Part shown: positions 8,817-17,784 of the stretch, in pieces
Position numbering within the stretch: position 1 is the stretch's first letter
Layout of the letters: each line of letters starts with the position of its first letter
NCBI GenBank assembly: GCA_050618075.1
Contig: JBNLVL010000004.1
Location: forward strand, 461,587 to 525,586
Direction: 5' to 3'
From: Myxococcota bacterium
GTDB taxonomy: Bacteria > Myxococcota_A > UBA9160 > UBA4427
Length of the DNA: 64,000 bases
Notes under the pieces: model-generated
The model's input: only the letters and a program-made list of their open reading frames with translations
Databases searched by the model: none
Told to the model about the DNA's origin: nothing
Made by a program: the position numbers and the translations under genes

Positions 8817-10151
8817 TCAGCCCCGGCCGACCATCTCGTCGGAGGGGAGTCCGTACTGCACGAAGTTCGCGATGAACATCACCACTCCGAGGGTCAGCAG
8901 GCAGGCCGCCAGGACCAGACCGAAGAAGTGGACTTCGATGGCCTCCTGCACCGCGAGGAAGTCCATCCCGAGCTTCCGCTCCATGTAGACCTGGGCGATG
9001 CCCGCCACGGCGAAGGCGCCGGTCATGCCCATCATGCCCACGTTGGACGTCCAGAAGGCCCACTCCGGGAGCCAGCCCACGAAGAGCTTGCGACCGGTCA
9101 TGTTCGGCATGGCGTAGGAGATCATCGCGAGCACGACCATCGCGTAGGCGCCCCAGAAGGCCATGTGACCGTGCATGGCCGTGATGATCGTCCCGTGGGT
9201 CCACAGGTTCACGGCGGGGAGGGTGTGCGAGAACCCGAGGAAGCCCGCCCCGACGAAGGACATCACGCCGCAGCCCACCGTCCAGAAGAGTGCGATCCGG
9301 TTGGGGTGGTTCATGCCGCCGCGCCGGGCCATGGTCACCGCGTAGAGCGCCATACCGAGGAAGGCCAGCGGCTCGAGGGCGGAGAAGACGGCGCCGATGG
9401 GCAGCCAGTACTCGGGAGCGCCGATGTAATAGTAGTGGTGGCCCGTTCCCAGGATGCCGGACAGGAACGTGAAGCCGACGATGACGTACAGCCACTTCTC
9501 GATGAGCTCGCGGTCGACACCGGTGAGCTTGATCAGGAGGAACGACAGGATCCCGCCCATGATCAGCTCCCACACCCCCTCGACCCAGAGATGCACGACC
9601 CACCAGCGGAAGTAGGAGTCCACGACCTGGCTCTCGAAGGTGATCATGCCGGGCAGGTAGAGGAGCGCGGCCGCGGTCAGCCCCATGAGCAGGACGCTGC
9701 CGGTCGTCGTGAACCGGGGCGCTCCCAGCGCGGTGCGGCCGATGACGTAGAGGAAGAGCAGCACGTCCACGACGACCAGATAGTCGAGCGGCCGGGGAAT
9801 CTCGAGGAACTTCCTGCCTTCCCACCATCCGAACTGGAACCCGACGAGCGCGATCACGCCCACGATGACGAGCGCCGCCCACTGCAGGATCGCGAGCTTC
9901 TCGCTGTGGAGCTCCCGGTCGGCCTCTTCGGGCACGATGTAGTAGGCGGCCCCCATGAAGCCGGAGAGCAGCCACACCACGAGCAGGTTGATGTGCGACG
10001 TCCGAGCGACGTTGAAGGGGATGTAGTCGTGCAGGACATCGAAGCCCATGTGGGCGAAGCCCATGATGAAGCCGAACACGATCTGCAGGACGAGGAGAGC
10101 CAGGGAAGTGGCGAAGAACAGGTAGGCGACTCGCTGTGAGCGGAACTTCAT
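8817..10151 (-). CDS. norB: nitric oxide reductase large subunit NorB (cNOR, haem-copper oxidase superfamily)
   Basis: 444 aa, polytopic membrane protein. Conserved His/Glu blocks: TSHINLLVVW, VVHLWVEGVWE, GTGHHYYYIG, MHGHMAFWGAY. Confidence 0.95.
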   Translation of the reverse strand: MKFRSQRVAYLFFATSLALLVLQIVFGFIMGFAHMGFDVLHDYIPFNVARTSHINLLVVWLLSGFMGAAYYIVPEEADRELHSEKLAILQWAALVIVGVIALVGFQFGWWEGRKFLEIPRPLDYLVVVDVLLFLYVIGRTALGAPRFTTTGSVLLMGLTAAALLYLPGMITFESQVVDSYFRWWVVHLWVEGVWELIMGGILSFLLIKLTGVDRELIEKWLYVIVGFTFLSGILGTGHHYYYIGAPEYWLPIGAVFSALEPLAFLGMALYAVTMARRGGMNHPNRIALFWTVGCGVMSFVGAGFLGFSHTLPAVNLWTHGTIITAMHGHMAFWGAYAMVVLAMISYAMPNMTGRKLFVGWLPEWAFWTSNVGMMGMTGAFAVAGIAQVYMERKLGMDFLAVQEAIEVHFFGLVLAACLLTLGVVMFIANFVQYGLPSDEMVGRG

Positions 10152-10161
10152 GGTGGCACTC

Positions 10162-10851
10162 CTACTCGAGGGTCCGGAGCCAGGCGACCAGCTCGGCGCG
10201 GATATCGTCGGACATGTCCAGCTTCGGCATCGCGGTTCCGGGCTTCACCGACGGTGGGTCGGCGAGCCAGCGATCGAGCTCCTGGGCGGTGAACCGGTTG
10301 GCCACTCCGTCGAGCGCCGGCCCGACGGCGCCGCCCTGGCCGCCCACCGCGTGGCAGGCCACACATACCGAGTCGAAGTAGGCGGGCCTGGGCCCGGTCG
10401 CGGCCGCGCTGACCTCGACCACCGACACCGCGGGCGCCAGGTCCGGGTCGGGCGGGAACCCGTTGGTGTCGATCTCGCCGATCCAGCCCAGGAACGCGAT
10501 CACGTCGGAGATCTGCTCCTCGCTGAAGTCGTACTGGACCATGCGACGCTGGCCCGGGTACATCGCCTGGGGATCGCGCAGGAAGATCCGGATCCACTCG
10601 GCGCCACGGCGCTCGACGACCCGGGTGAGCTCGGGCGCGTAGTACGCCCCCTCGCCGAGGATCGTGTGGCAGCCCATGCAGTTCTCGTTCTCCCAGATCA
10701 TCTTGCCGCGCACCACGGACTCGGTCAGGCGATCCGAGTTCTGCCGCTCGGGAATCTCCCGCAGCGTGTCCACCGTGAGCAGCAGGAAGATGACGGAGAA
10801 GAAGATCGTGCCACCCAGGAAGAAAAGGCGCGCCTGCGACTTGCTGAGCAT
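10162..10851 (-). CDS. norC: NorC cytochrome c subunit fused to a second C-terminal class-I cytochrome c domain (di-haem)
   Basis: 229 aa. The N-terminal TM segment plus WENENCMGCHTILGEGAYYAPEL equals canonical NorC, through ~aa 137. An extra ~90 aa carries a second CXXCH (CVACH) and a Met-ligand context, GTAMPKL. Confidence 0.9.
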   Translation of the reverse strand: MLSKSQARLFFLGGTIFFSVIFLLLTVDTLREIPERQNSDRLTESVVRGKMIWENENCMGCHTILGEGAYYAPELTRVVERRGAEWIRIFLRDPQAMYPGQRRMVQYDFSEEQISDVIAFLGWIGEIDTNGFPPDPDLAPAVSVVEVSAAATGPRPAYFDSVCVACHAVGGQGGAVGPALDGVANRFTAQELDRWLADPPSVKPGTAMPKLDMSDDIRAELVAWLRTLE

Positions 10852-10992
10852 GAATCCAGCTCCTGTTTCCGGTCGAATTCGAGGTCGGAATCGGTGCGCT
10901 CGCGGCCCCGTTCCGCACCCGACGGCCCCACTCTACTCTCCAGACCTGCATCCTCGGGCCGGGAAGAGAGCGGGGGTCCAGCGGATCGCAGA

Positions 10993-11016
10993 GATTATCA
11001 TGCGAACATGATGATT
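10993..11016. promoter_or_regulatory. candidate NsrR/Rrf2 operator: imperfect 10-4-10 inverted repeat GATTATCATG-cgaa-CATGATGATT
   Basis: AT-rich palindrome (core ATCATG-N4-CATGAT is perfect) in the norC/nsrR divergent region. It ends 15 nt upstream of a TAGAAT -10-like hexamer at 11032-11037. Confidence 0.4.
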
Positions 11017-11062
11017 GAACGGGGCGTCGTGTAGAATCGGTGCGGCGAAAGGACCCCACTCG

Positions 11063-11470
11063 ATGTTTCTCTCGCAGACGAGCCGCTACGCGCTGCAGGC
11101 GGCCTGCTTCCTGGCGGCGCACTGGGACGAAGATCGCCCGATCACCGTGGGCGACATCGCCAACGAGCTCGACGTGCCGCGCAACTACCTGTCGAAGACG
11201 CTCCACCAGCTGGCCCGCCACGGGGTGCTGCACTCGGAGCGGGGCGCCAGAGGTGGGTTCCGACTCGCCGCTCCTCCCGGAGAGATCCGGCTCTCCCAGA
11301 TCGTCCGGCTCGTGGAGCCGGACATCGGCGCGCGGTACTGCCTGCTCGGCCGCCCGGCCTGCAGAGACGACGACCCCTGCCCGGCTCACGCGCGCTGGCG
11401 GAGCATGGCCGAGGACTTCAATCGCTTCCTCGAAGAGACCACGCTCGCGGACCTGGCCCGCAACGGGTAG
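11063..11470 (+). CDS. Rrf2 family transcriptional regulator, NsrR-like
   Basis: MFLSQTSRYALQAACFLA... is a typical Rrf2 winged-HTH N-terminus. Three clustered Cys (YCLLGRPACRDDDPC, C-x7-C-x5-C) could hold an Fe-S sensor. Divergent from norCBQD. Confidence 0.8.
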   Translation: MFLSQTSRYALQAACFLAAHWDEDRPITVGDIANELDVPRNYLSKTLHQLARHGVLHSERGARGGFRLAAPPGEIRLSQIVRLVEPDIGARYCLLGRPACRDDDPCPAHARWRSMAEDFNRFLEETTLADLARNG

Positions 11471-11557
11471 CCGGACCCGGCTGCGCGCGCGGCGGACTCG
11501 GACGCAGCCGCAGGAAGCACGGCGTCGGCCCGCGAGCGCCCGGGGGACGGCCCGCCC

Positions 11558-14140
11558 TCAGAGCGTTCCCCGCGCGGCGGGGCAGGTGTCGACCATGTAG
11601 TAGGCCCGGACGCCGTCGGGGACCTCGACGCCGTCGAACGCGACCCTCACGGAGGTGACCTCGCCGGCGGCGTTGGTCTCCACCGCGGTCCGCTTGGTGT
11701 AGTACAGCGGAATCGCCTCGCCCGTCCGTGCGTCGGCGAGCAGCAGGCCGAAGACGTGGTCCGCCTTCCGGAGGGACCCGCCGGAGACCCTCGCCGTGGC
11801 GCCCGCCGCGTCCCGCGAGAAGTCCACCGCCCCGACCTCCGCCGCGGGCGGCGGCCCGGGGTCGTCGCGCAGATCGAGGTCGAGCCCGCCGAACACCGCC
11901 ATGCGCCCGCTGCGGGCCTCGGCCATGCCCAGGAGCTTCAGGAAGTTTCCGTAGTACTCGAGGTCGTTGGCGTGGGCGATGGCGACGAGCGCCGCGGGCC
12001 GGGTCACGGCGCCGGTCCGGGGGTCGGCCACCGTCGACGCCCGATAGAAGCCGAAGGGCATGTCCCACGACCCCACGAAGTTGATCTCGAAGCCGTCCTC
12101 GTTGAGGAACGTCAGCAGTCCGCGGTCGTACTCCATGACCAGGGGAAATCGAAGCGCCATCGCGGGGTCGACGACGGTCCGCCCGTCCACCACCCGCCCG
12201 GCGACCACCCATACCAGCGCCCGGTCGGGTGTCCCGTCCACGGTGCCTCCCAGGTAGTGGAGGGAGTCGAACCCGATCTGGTTCCAGGACGGCAGCATGG
12301 TGGGGTTGGGCGCCGCGAAGCGGCTCAGCTCGAAGCGCGTCGCGGGGTCGCCCGGCGCCCGGGGCACCCGATAGGGAGAGTCCGATTCCGGGCGGGCCGC
12401 GACCTCGAAGCGGAACTCGCGATCGAGGGCGCCTGCCACGGAGCCGCCGAAGAACTTGAGCCCGAAGCGCCAGAGCCCGGTCCGGTAGCCGCCCTCGAGG
12501 CCGACCCGGATCGAGCCGCCTTCGGGGCCGGTCCAGGGCTCCCGGGGAACCAGGGTCACGAACCGGCCGTCCGCGGACACCGCCCGGCGCACGTCGGGGT
12601 CGCCGGTGACGTCGACCTCGAGGCTGTCGCGGTCGATGACGGCCTTCACCGTGTCGCCGCCCTCGCGCACGAACAGGCTGAAGGTCAGGGGCTGGTTCGC
12701 GTCGATGACTTCCGGGGGCTCCGGCCGGTAGCGCCCGAAGGGCTCCGTGTAGATGAGGAAGACCCCGTCGTCGGGCAGGGCCTCGCCGGGCCCCAGGGTC
12801 GTGCGCGGATCGCGACGGCCGGCCTCGGTCAGGGGATAGTCGTAGGGGACGTGGAAGACGCCGCCGTTCTGGCCCGCGATCGCGATGCCCTCGGGTCCCA
12901 GCGCCGGGGATCCGTTGAGGTCGTTGCGCTCTTCGTCGATCAGGAGATAGGACCAGCGCAGCGACCCGTCGGGGTCGATGCTGAACAGACGCCCCTCCCC
13001 GTTGCCCACGTAGATCCGGTCGAAGCCATCGACGGCGGGCGACGACCGGATGGGGCCGAGGGTGTCGTAGGCCCACTTCACCGCCCCCGTCTCGGGCGCC
13101 AGGGCGTAGATCGTCCCGTCGGTGGACGGCTGGACGAGGGTGCCGTCGGACAGCTGGGCCGGGCTGGAGTAGAGGTGGTCCCGGGTGCCCTGCTTCCAGA
13201 GCGACTCGCCATCCTCCTGGGAGTAGGCGCGCACGAAGCCGTCGTAGCCTCCGATCACCACGACGCCGTTGGGCTCGCGCGACGTCAGGAGCGGCGAAGC
13301 CGCGTTCGACCCCAGCCCTCCCGTGGTCCAGGCGGTCTCCCGGCGCGTGGTGTCGAACGCGTAGACGTTCTTCAGCGCCATGTACTGCGACCCCGAGAAC
13401 ATCCGGCCGGTCCGGGTGTTGACCGCCGGCAGCGACCACATGAGCTCGTTGCCCAGGTACTCGGCCCGCTTGCGCCCGGTGTCGCGGTCGACGGCGTAGA
13501 CGAGGAAATTGTCGTTGGGAGCGACGAGGGTGCCGTCCTCGAGCATCGCGACGTTGGCCTCGAACCAGTCGACGTTGAAGGACTCGATGCCGTAGCGGGC
13601 CTCGACCGCCTCCACCGGATCGGCCTCGAAGCGCCAGACGAGCTCGCCGGTAGCGCGCTCGAGGGCGTAGAGGAAGGCGTCGCCGGAGCCGAAGTAGACG
13701 CGGCCGCGGTCGTCGAGCAGGGCCGAGGAGTCGATCACCTCCCCGGTCTCGAACCTCCAGCGCAGGCTCCCCGTGCGATCGATCGCGTAGAAGACCCGAT
13801 CGGCCGAGCCGACGTAGACCGTGCCGTCGGCGTCGATCACGGGCGAGCTAAAGACCCCCTTGCCGGTGCGGAAGGTCCAGGGCCGGAGGGTGGGATCGAC
13901 CTCGGGGCGCACGGGGCTGCGGCCGTTCTGGAGTGCGTTCGCCCGGAACTTCGGCCACGGGCTCTCGGGGTCGAGGGGGACGTCGTAGGTGAAGCCTCCG
14001 CCGCCCGTCGGCCGCTCGTCGGGCAGGAAGGCGTGGGGACCGCCGGGCAGGAGCCGCCAGACGACCCCCAGGGCGACGAGCGCCAGCAGCGCCCGCACGA
14101 CGGTGCGGCCTCGAGGGCGTCGTTGGTTCGGTGCGGCCAT
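11558..14140 (-). CDS. exported PQQ-like beta-propeller repeat protein with large uncharacterised C-terminal half
   Basis: 860 aa with an N-terminal signal anchor. Repeated motifs of the type DGTVYVGSADRVFYAIDRTGSLRW / RVYFGSGDAFLYALERATGELVW / DGTIYALAPETGAVKW. No motif recognised in aa ~430-860. Confidence 0.75.
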   Translation of the reverse strand: MAAPNQRRPRGRTVVRALLALVALGVVWRLLPGGPHAFLPDERPTGGGGFTYDVPLDPESPWPKFRANALQNGRSPVRPEVDPTLRPWTFRTGKGVFSSPVIDADGTVYVGSADRVFYAIDRTGSLRWRFETGEVIDSSALLDDRGRVYFGSGDAFLYALERATGELVWRFEADPVEAVEARYGIESFNVDWFEANVAMLEDGTLVAPNDNFLVYAVDRDTGRKRAEYLGNELMWSLPAVNTRTGRMFSGSQYMALKNVYAFDTTRRETAWTTGGLGSNAASPLLTSREPNGVVVIGGYDGFVRAYSQEDGESLWKQGTRDHLYSSPAQLSDGTLVQPSTDGTIYALAPETGAVKWAYDTLGPIRSSPAVDGFDRIYVGNGEGRLFSIDPDGSLRWSYLLIDEERNDLNGSPALGPEGIAIAGQNGGVFHVPYDYPLTEAGRRDPRTTLGPGEALPDDGVFLIYTEPFGRYRPEPPEVIDANQPLTFSLFVREGGDTVKAVIDRDSLEVDVTGDPDVRRAVSADGRFVTLVPREPWTGPEGGSIRVGLEGGYRTGLWRFGLKFFGGSVAGALDREFRFEVAARPESDSPYRVPRAPGDPATRFELSRFAAPNPTMLPSWNQIGFDSLHYLGGTVDGTPDRALVWVVAGRVVDGRTVVDPAMALRFPLVMEYDRGLLTFLNEDGFEINFVGSWDMPFGFYRASTVADPRTGAVTRPAALVAIAHANDLEYYGNFLKLLGMAEARSGRMAVFGGLDLDLRDDPGPPPAAEVGAVDFSRDAAGATARVSGGSLRKADHVFGLLLADARTGEAIPLYYTKRTAVETNAAGEVTSVRVAFDGVEVPDGVRAYYMVDTCPAARGTL

Positions 14141-14164
14141 GGGCGGCTCCCGTGCCGGAACGAT

Positions 14165-14965
14165 CTAGTCGGACTCGCGGTTGAAGCGTGGCCTCCGCTT
14201 CTCCATGAAGGCGCGCATGCCCTCGACCTGGTCCGGCGTGCCCAGGGTCGCCATCACCGCGCGACGCTCCTCGGCGAGCCCCTCGTCCAGGGACTTCTCG
14301 CCGGCTCCGACGACGCAGCGCAACACGCCGGCCACCGCCAGCGCCGGCATCGCCGCCAGCTCCGAGGCCAGCGCCAGGGCGCGCTCCTTCAACTCGGCGT
14401 TGGGCCACACCTCGTGCACCAGCCCGATGCGCAGCGCGTCGGGTCCGGAGATCGTCTTCGCGCGCAGGATCATGTCGAGCGCGTGGTCGCGGCCGACGCA
14501 GCGGGTGAGCCGCGCGGTGCCGCCCCAGGCGGGGACCGTTCCCAGGTCCATCTCCGGAAGCCCGATCTTCGCCCCTTCCTGGGCGGCGAGCCGGAAGTGG
14601 CAGGCCAGGGGCAGCTCGAGGCCTCCGCCCAGGCAGTAGCCGAACAGCGTGGTGACGACCGGCTTCTCGAGGTCCTCGATGGCGCGAAGGACCCGGAGCC
14701 GCTGATCGAAGACCGCCTCGACGCTGCCCATGCGTGCGACGCCCTCGGGCAGCTGCTTCAGGTCCATGCCGACCGAGAAGTTCTCGTCGCCGGCTGCGGT
14801 GAGGACGACGGCGCGGATCGAGGCATCCTCCCGGATCCTCCCGATCTCTTCCTCCAGCGCATCCATGTATTCGAGGCTCATGGCGTTGCGCGGCGCAGCG
14901 TCGTTCGTGAGCGTGACGACCGCGCCGTCTCGCTCCACCAGCAGGGCATCGCGGTCGGAACCCAC
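14165..14965 (-). CDS. enoyl-CoA hydratase/isomerase (crotonase) family protein
   Basis: Crotonase-fold blocks: VVLTAAGDENFSVGMDL, LFGYCLGGGLELPLACHFRLAA, GLPEMDLG. The ORF starts at TTG 14971, but GTG 14965 has better spacing to GGAGAGGAG. Confidence 0.9.
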   Translation of the reverse strand: MGSDRDALLVERDGAVVTLTNDAAPRNAMSLEYMDALEEEIGRIREDASIRAVVLTAAGDENFSVGMDLKQLPEGVARMGSVEAVFDQRLRVLRAIEDLEKPVVTTLFGYCLGGGLELPLACHFRLAAQEGAKIGLPEMDLGTVPAWGGTARLTRCVGRDHALDMILRAKTISGPDALRIGLVHEVWPNAELKERALALASELAAMPALAVAGVLRCVVGAGEKSLDEGLAEERRAVMATLGTPDQVEGMRAFMEKRRPRFNRESD

Positions 14966-15020
14966 GGGCAACTCCTCTCCGGGGGTGGATCGGCGGGGGC
15001 CGGGGGCAGGCGCTCCGGCG

Positions 15021-15791
15021 TCAGCCGACCCGGGAGAAACCGATGAGGCCGCCGCCGTCCAGCACCAGGGTCTGGCCGGTGATCCAGCGACCGGTCTCGG
15101 CCGCCAGATAGAGCACCGCGCCGGCCACGTCCTCGGGCTCGCCGAGGCGATCCAGGGGATAGGCCTTCGCCACCTGATCTCCCTTGCCGTCCTCCCAGAG
15201 GACCCGGGCGAAGTCGGTCTTCACCAGACCGGGCGCCACCGCGTTGACGCGCACGCCCGGGCCGAGCTCGGCGGCCAGCTGCTTCGTCAGATGGATCAGC
15301 GCCGCCTTGGTGACGTCGTAGACACCGAGGATGGGACTGGTGGCGAGGCCGCCCACGCTCGAGATGTTGACGACCGCGCCTCCGTTGCCCTTCATCCAGC
15401 GCTGCCACACGAGCTGGGTCCAGAGCAGGGGGGCGGTGAGGTTCGTGTCCAGGGTCTTCTGCCAGCGCGGCAGGTCCACGTCGATGGTGCGACCGGCGTA
15501 GGGATTGGTCGCGGCGTTGTTGACCAGCACATCGACGCGGCCGAAGCGCTCGAGGGTGGCGCCCACCACCCGCTCGGCGTCCTCCGGGCGGCCCACGTGG
15601 CCGGCCTCGAAGTCGGCGCCCTCCCCGATCTCGGCCACCGCGGCCTCGCACGCCTCGGCCTTGCGCGACGTGATCATGACCCGGGCCCCGGCCTCCACCA
15701 GGGTCCGGGCGATGCCCTTGCCGATGCCGCGGGACCCTCCGGTCACCAGGGCCACCTTGCCGTCCATGCGCGTATTCAGGGGTTCGTTCAT
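15021..15791 (-). CDS. SDR family oxidoreductase
   Basis: VALVTGGSRGIGKG Rossmann motif, NNAA, and the catalytic YDVTK (YxxxK). Confidence 0.9.
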   Translation of the reverse strand: MNEPLNTRMDGKVALVTGGSRGIGKGIARTLVEAGARVMITSRKAEACEAAVAEIGEGADFEAGHVGRPEDAERVVGATLERFGRVDVLVNNAATNPYAGRTIDVDLPRWQKTLDTNLTAPLLWTQLVWQRWMKGNGGAVVNISSVGGLATSPILGVYDVTKAALIHLTKQLAAELGPGVRVNAVAPGLVKTDFARVLWEDGKGDQVAKAYPLDRLGEPEDVAGAVLYLAAETGRWITGQTLVLDGGGLIGFSRVG

Positions 15792-15794
15792 GGC

Positions 15795-17042
15795 TCAGTT
15801 CCCGAAGTCCCAGCTCTCGCCGGCGTGGTACTGCTTGAGCACGTTCTTGGCGATCAGGATGCGGTGGACCTCGTCCGGTCCGTCGGCGAGGCGCAGGGTG
15901 CGGGCCCCCTGGTACATCGCCGACAGCGGCAGGTCTCCGCTCACTCCGGCCGCGCCCCAGACCTGGATCGCCCGGTCGACCACCCGCTCGTAGGCGGCGG
16001 GCACGAAGATCTTGAGCGCGGAGATCTCGGTGCGCGGATCGGCTCCTCCCTCCATCTGCTCCGCGCAGTGGATGGTCATGAGCCGGGCGGCCTGGATGTC
16101 GATGTACGAGTCCGCGATGAAGCCCTGGATGAACTGCTTCTCCTCCAGCTTGCCGCCGTGCACCTCCCGCTCGCTGGCCCGCTGCACCATCAGGTCGAAG
16201 GCCCGCCACATCTGACCGACCGAGTTCATGCAGTGGTAGACACGACCCGCGCCCAGGCGGTCCTGGGCTGCGCGGTGGCCCGAGCCGGTCTGACCCAGCT
16301 GGTTCTCCACGGGAACGCGCACGTCGTCGTAGATGACCTCGGCGTGGTCGCTCTGACGTCCCCACACCTCGATGCCCCGGACGATGTTCACCCCGGGCGT
16401 GTCCGTGGGGACGATGATCTGGGTCATCTTGCCGTTGCGGTCCGCGGGGCCGTCGGGATCCTCGGTGCGGCACATCACGATGAAGAAGTCGGCCTTGAGA
16501 CCGTTCGAGGTGAACCACTTGTGGCCGTTGATCACCCACTGGTCGCCCTCGCGCCGGGCCGTGGTCTTGATCGAGCGGGGATCGGAGCCGGCGTTGTCGG
16601 GCTCGGTCATGGAGAAGCCGCTCTGCATCTTCCCCTCGGTGAGCGGCACGAGCCACTTCTGGCGCTGCTCCTCGGTCCCGTACTTCAGAAGGATCTTCTG
16701 GTTCCCCGAGTTCGGAGCGACGACACCGAAGAGCGACGCTGCGCCCACCGCGTAGGCCAGGACCTCGTTCATGTAGGCGTGCTCCAGGAACGAGAGCCCA
16801 CACCCGCCGTACTCCTCGGGGAGATGGGGCGCCCACAGGCCCGCCTGCTTCACCTTGAGCTTGATCTCCTCGCGCAGCTCGCGGGCCTTGCGGCGCTCGT
16901 CCTCGGAGACGCCGTCGCGGTGCCAGCGCCAGAGGAGGTTCTCGTTGGGCAGGATCTCGCGGTTGACGATCTCCGCGGTGAGGAGCCGGATCTGGTTGAC
17001 CCGGTCGGGCAGGCTGGCAATGGCCTGGACGTTCATCGGCAT
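15795..17042 (-). CDS. acyl-CoA dehydrogenase
   Basis: ACAD-family blocks: GFSMTEPDNAGSD, WFTSNG, and C-terminal QVWGAAG...YQGARTLRLADGPDEVH. ATG 17042 is preceded by GGAGGA. Confidence 0.95.
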   Translation of the reverse strand: MPMNVQAIASLPDRVNQIRLLTAEIVNREILPNENLLWRWHRDGVSEDERRKARELREEIKLKVKQAGLWAPHLPEEYGGCGLSFLEHAYMNEVLAYAVGAASLFGVVAPNSGNQKILLKYGTEEQRQKWLVPLTEGKMQSGFSMTEPDNAGSDPRSIKTTARREGDQWVINGHKWFTSNGLKADFFIVMCRTEDPDGPADRNGKMTQIIVPTDTPGVNIVRGIEVWGRQSDHAEVIYDDVRVPVENQLGQTGSGHRAAQDRLGAGRVYHCMNSVGQMWRAFDLMVQRASEREVHGGKLEEKQFIQGFIADSYIDIQAARLMTIHCAEQMEGGADPRTEISALKIFVPAAYERVVDRAIQVWGAAGVSGDLPLSAMYQGARTLRLADGPDEVHRILIAKNVLKQYHAGESWDFGN

Positions 17043-17231
17043 GGGGGATCCTCCAAGGAGAGAGACAGTAGGACAGGGAGCCGGGAATGGGCCTCGGTCG
17101 AGGCGCCGAAGCACCCGGGGGAGCGGCCGGGTCCGAGGCCGGGGCGGCGGGCTCGAGGGCCGGCTCCAGGCATCCGGTTCGTCAGCGCTTCCCGAGGCTT
17201 CCCCGGTGCCGGAGAAACCCGCTCCCCGAGG

Positions 17232-17726
17232 TCAGTGCGGGGCGCCGGGCTGGGACGCGCCGGGAGCGTAGACCAGGGACCCCGAGTCGCCCTCCCGCTC
17301 CCAGTGGAGGGTCAGCCGGTCGGCGTCGCGCTCGAAGCGTTTCACGCCTTCGAGCGCCTCCAGGTAGCGCCGTTCCAGGGCGTCGATCGGGGCCGGGCAG
17401 GCCATGCGGGTCCCGGCGATGGGACCGACGAGGAGGCTCCCGACCTCGGCACCCGACTCGACGGCCGCGGTGTAGCGATTGCAGCCGCTGGACCCGCTGA
17501 GCCGGCCTTCGCCGAGCTGCAGCGTGATGGCCGGCTGGGCGGGTGCGGGGTCGCCCTCGGCGAAGTGGGTCAGCACCCAGGGCGTCGCGGCGATCGCTTC
17601 GAGGGAGGCCGGTCGCCGCGTGTCCCCGCGCGAGTCGCCGGGGTCCGGGCCGCCCTCGTCCTGGCAAGAGAGCGAGGCGAGGCCGATCAGCAGAATCAGC
17701 AGGGTCCGGGTCATCGCTCGCTCCAC
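17232..17726 (-). CDS. META (HslJ-like) domain lipoprotein
   Basis: Lipobox LIGLASLSC after a short signal. META signature: LSGSSGCNRYTAAV...GPIAGTRMACP. Start is GTG 17726 (GGAGG 6 nt upstream) or ATG 17714. Confidence 0.7.
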   Translation of the reverse strand: MERAMTRTLLILLIGLASLSCQDEGGPDPGDSRGDTRRPASLEAIAATPWVLTHFAEGDPAPAQPAITLQLGEGRLSGSSGCNRYTAAVESGAEVGSLLVGPIAGTRMACPAPIDALERRYLEALEGVKRFERDADRLTLHWEREGDSGSLVYAPGASQPGAPH

Positions 17727-17746
17727 ATCCCACCTCCATCGGACGG

Positions 17747-17784
17747 CCGCCCGCCTACCCGCCCGCCTGCCCGCCCGCCCCTAC
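17747..17784. repeat. 12-nt tandem repeat CCGCCCGCCT(A/G)C x3; G-run-rich on the minus strand
   Basis: ccgcccgcctac / ccgcccgcctgc / ccgcccgcccctac read directly. Lies between the dehydratase stop (17781) and the META gene start. Confidence 0.8.

Noticed and set aside
10852-10990. FNR/DNR-type boxes (TTGAT-N4-ATCAA) upstream of norC, and likewise upstream of nqrA (39891-40071) and the decahaem gene (53238-53466)
   Set aside because: Reading by eye found only isolated half-sites, for example TTGAT at 39944 and 59347, and no full palindrome. A matrix scan would be needed to exclude weak sites.
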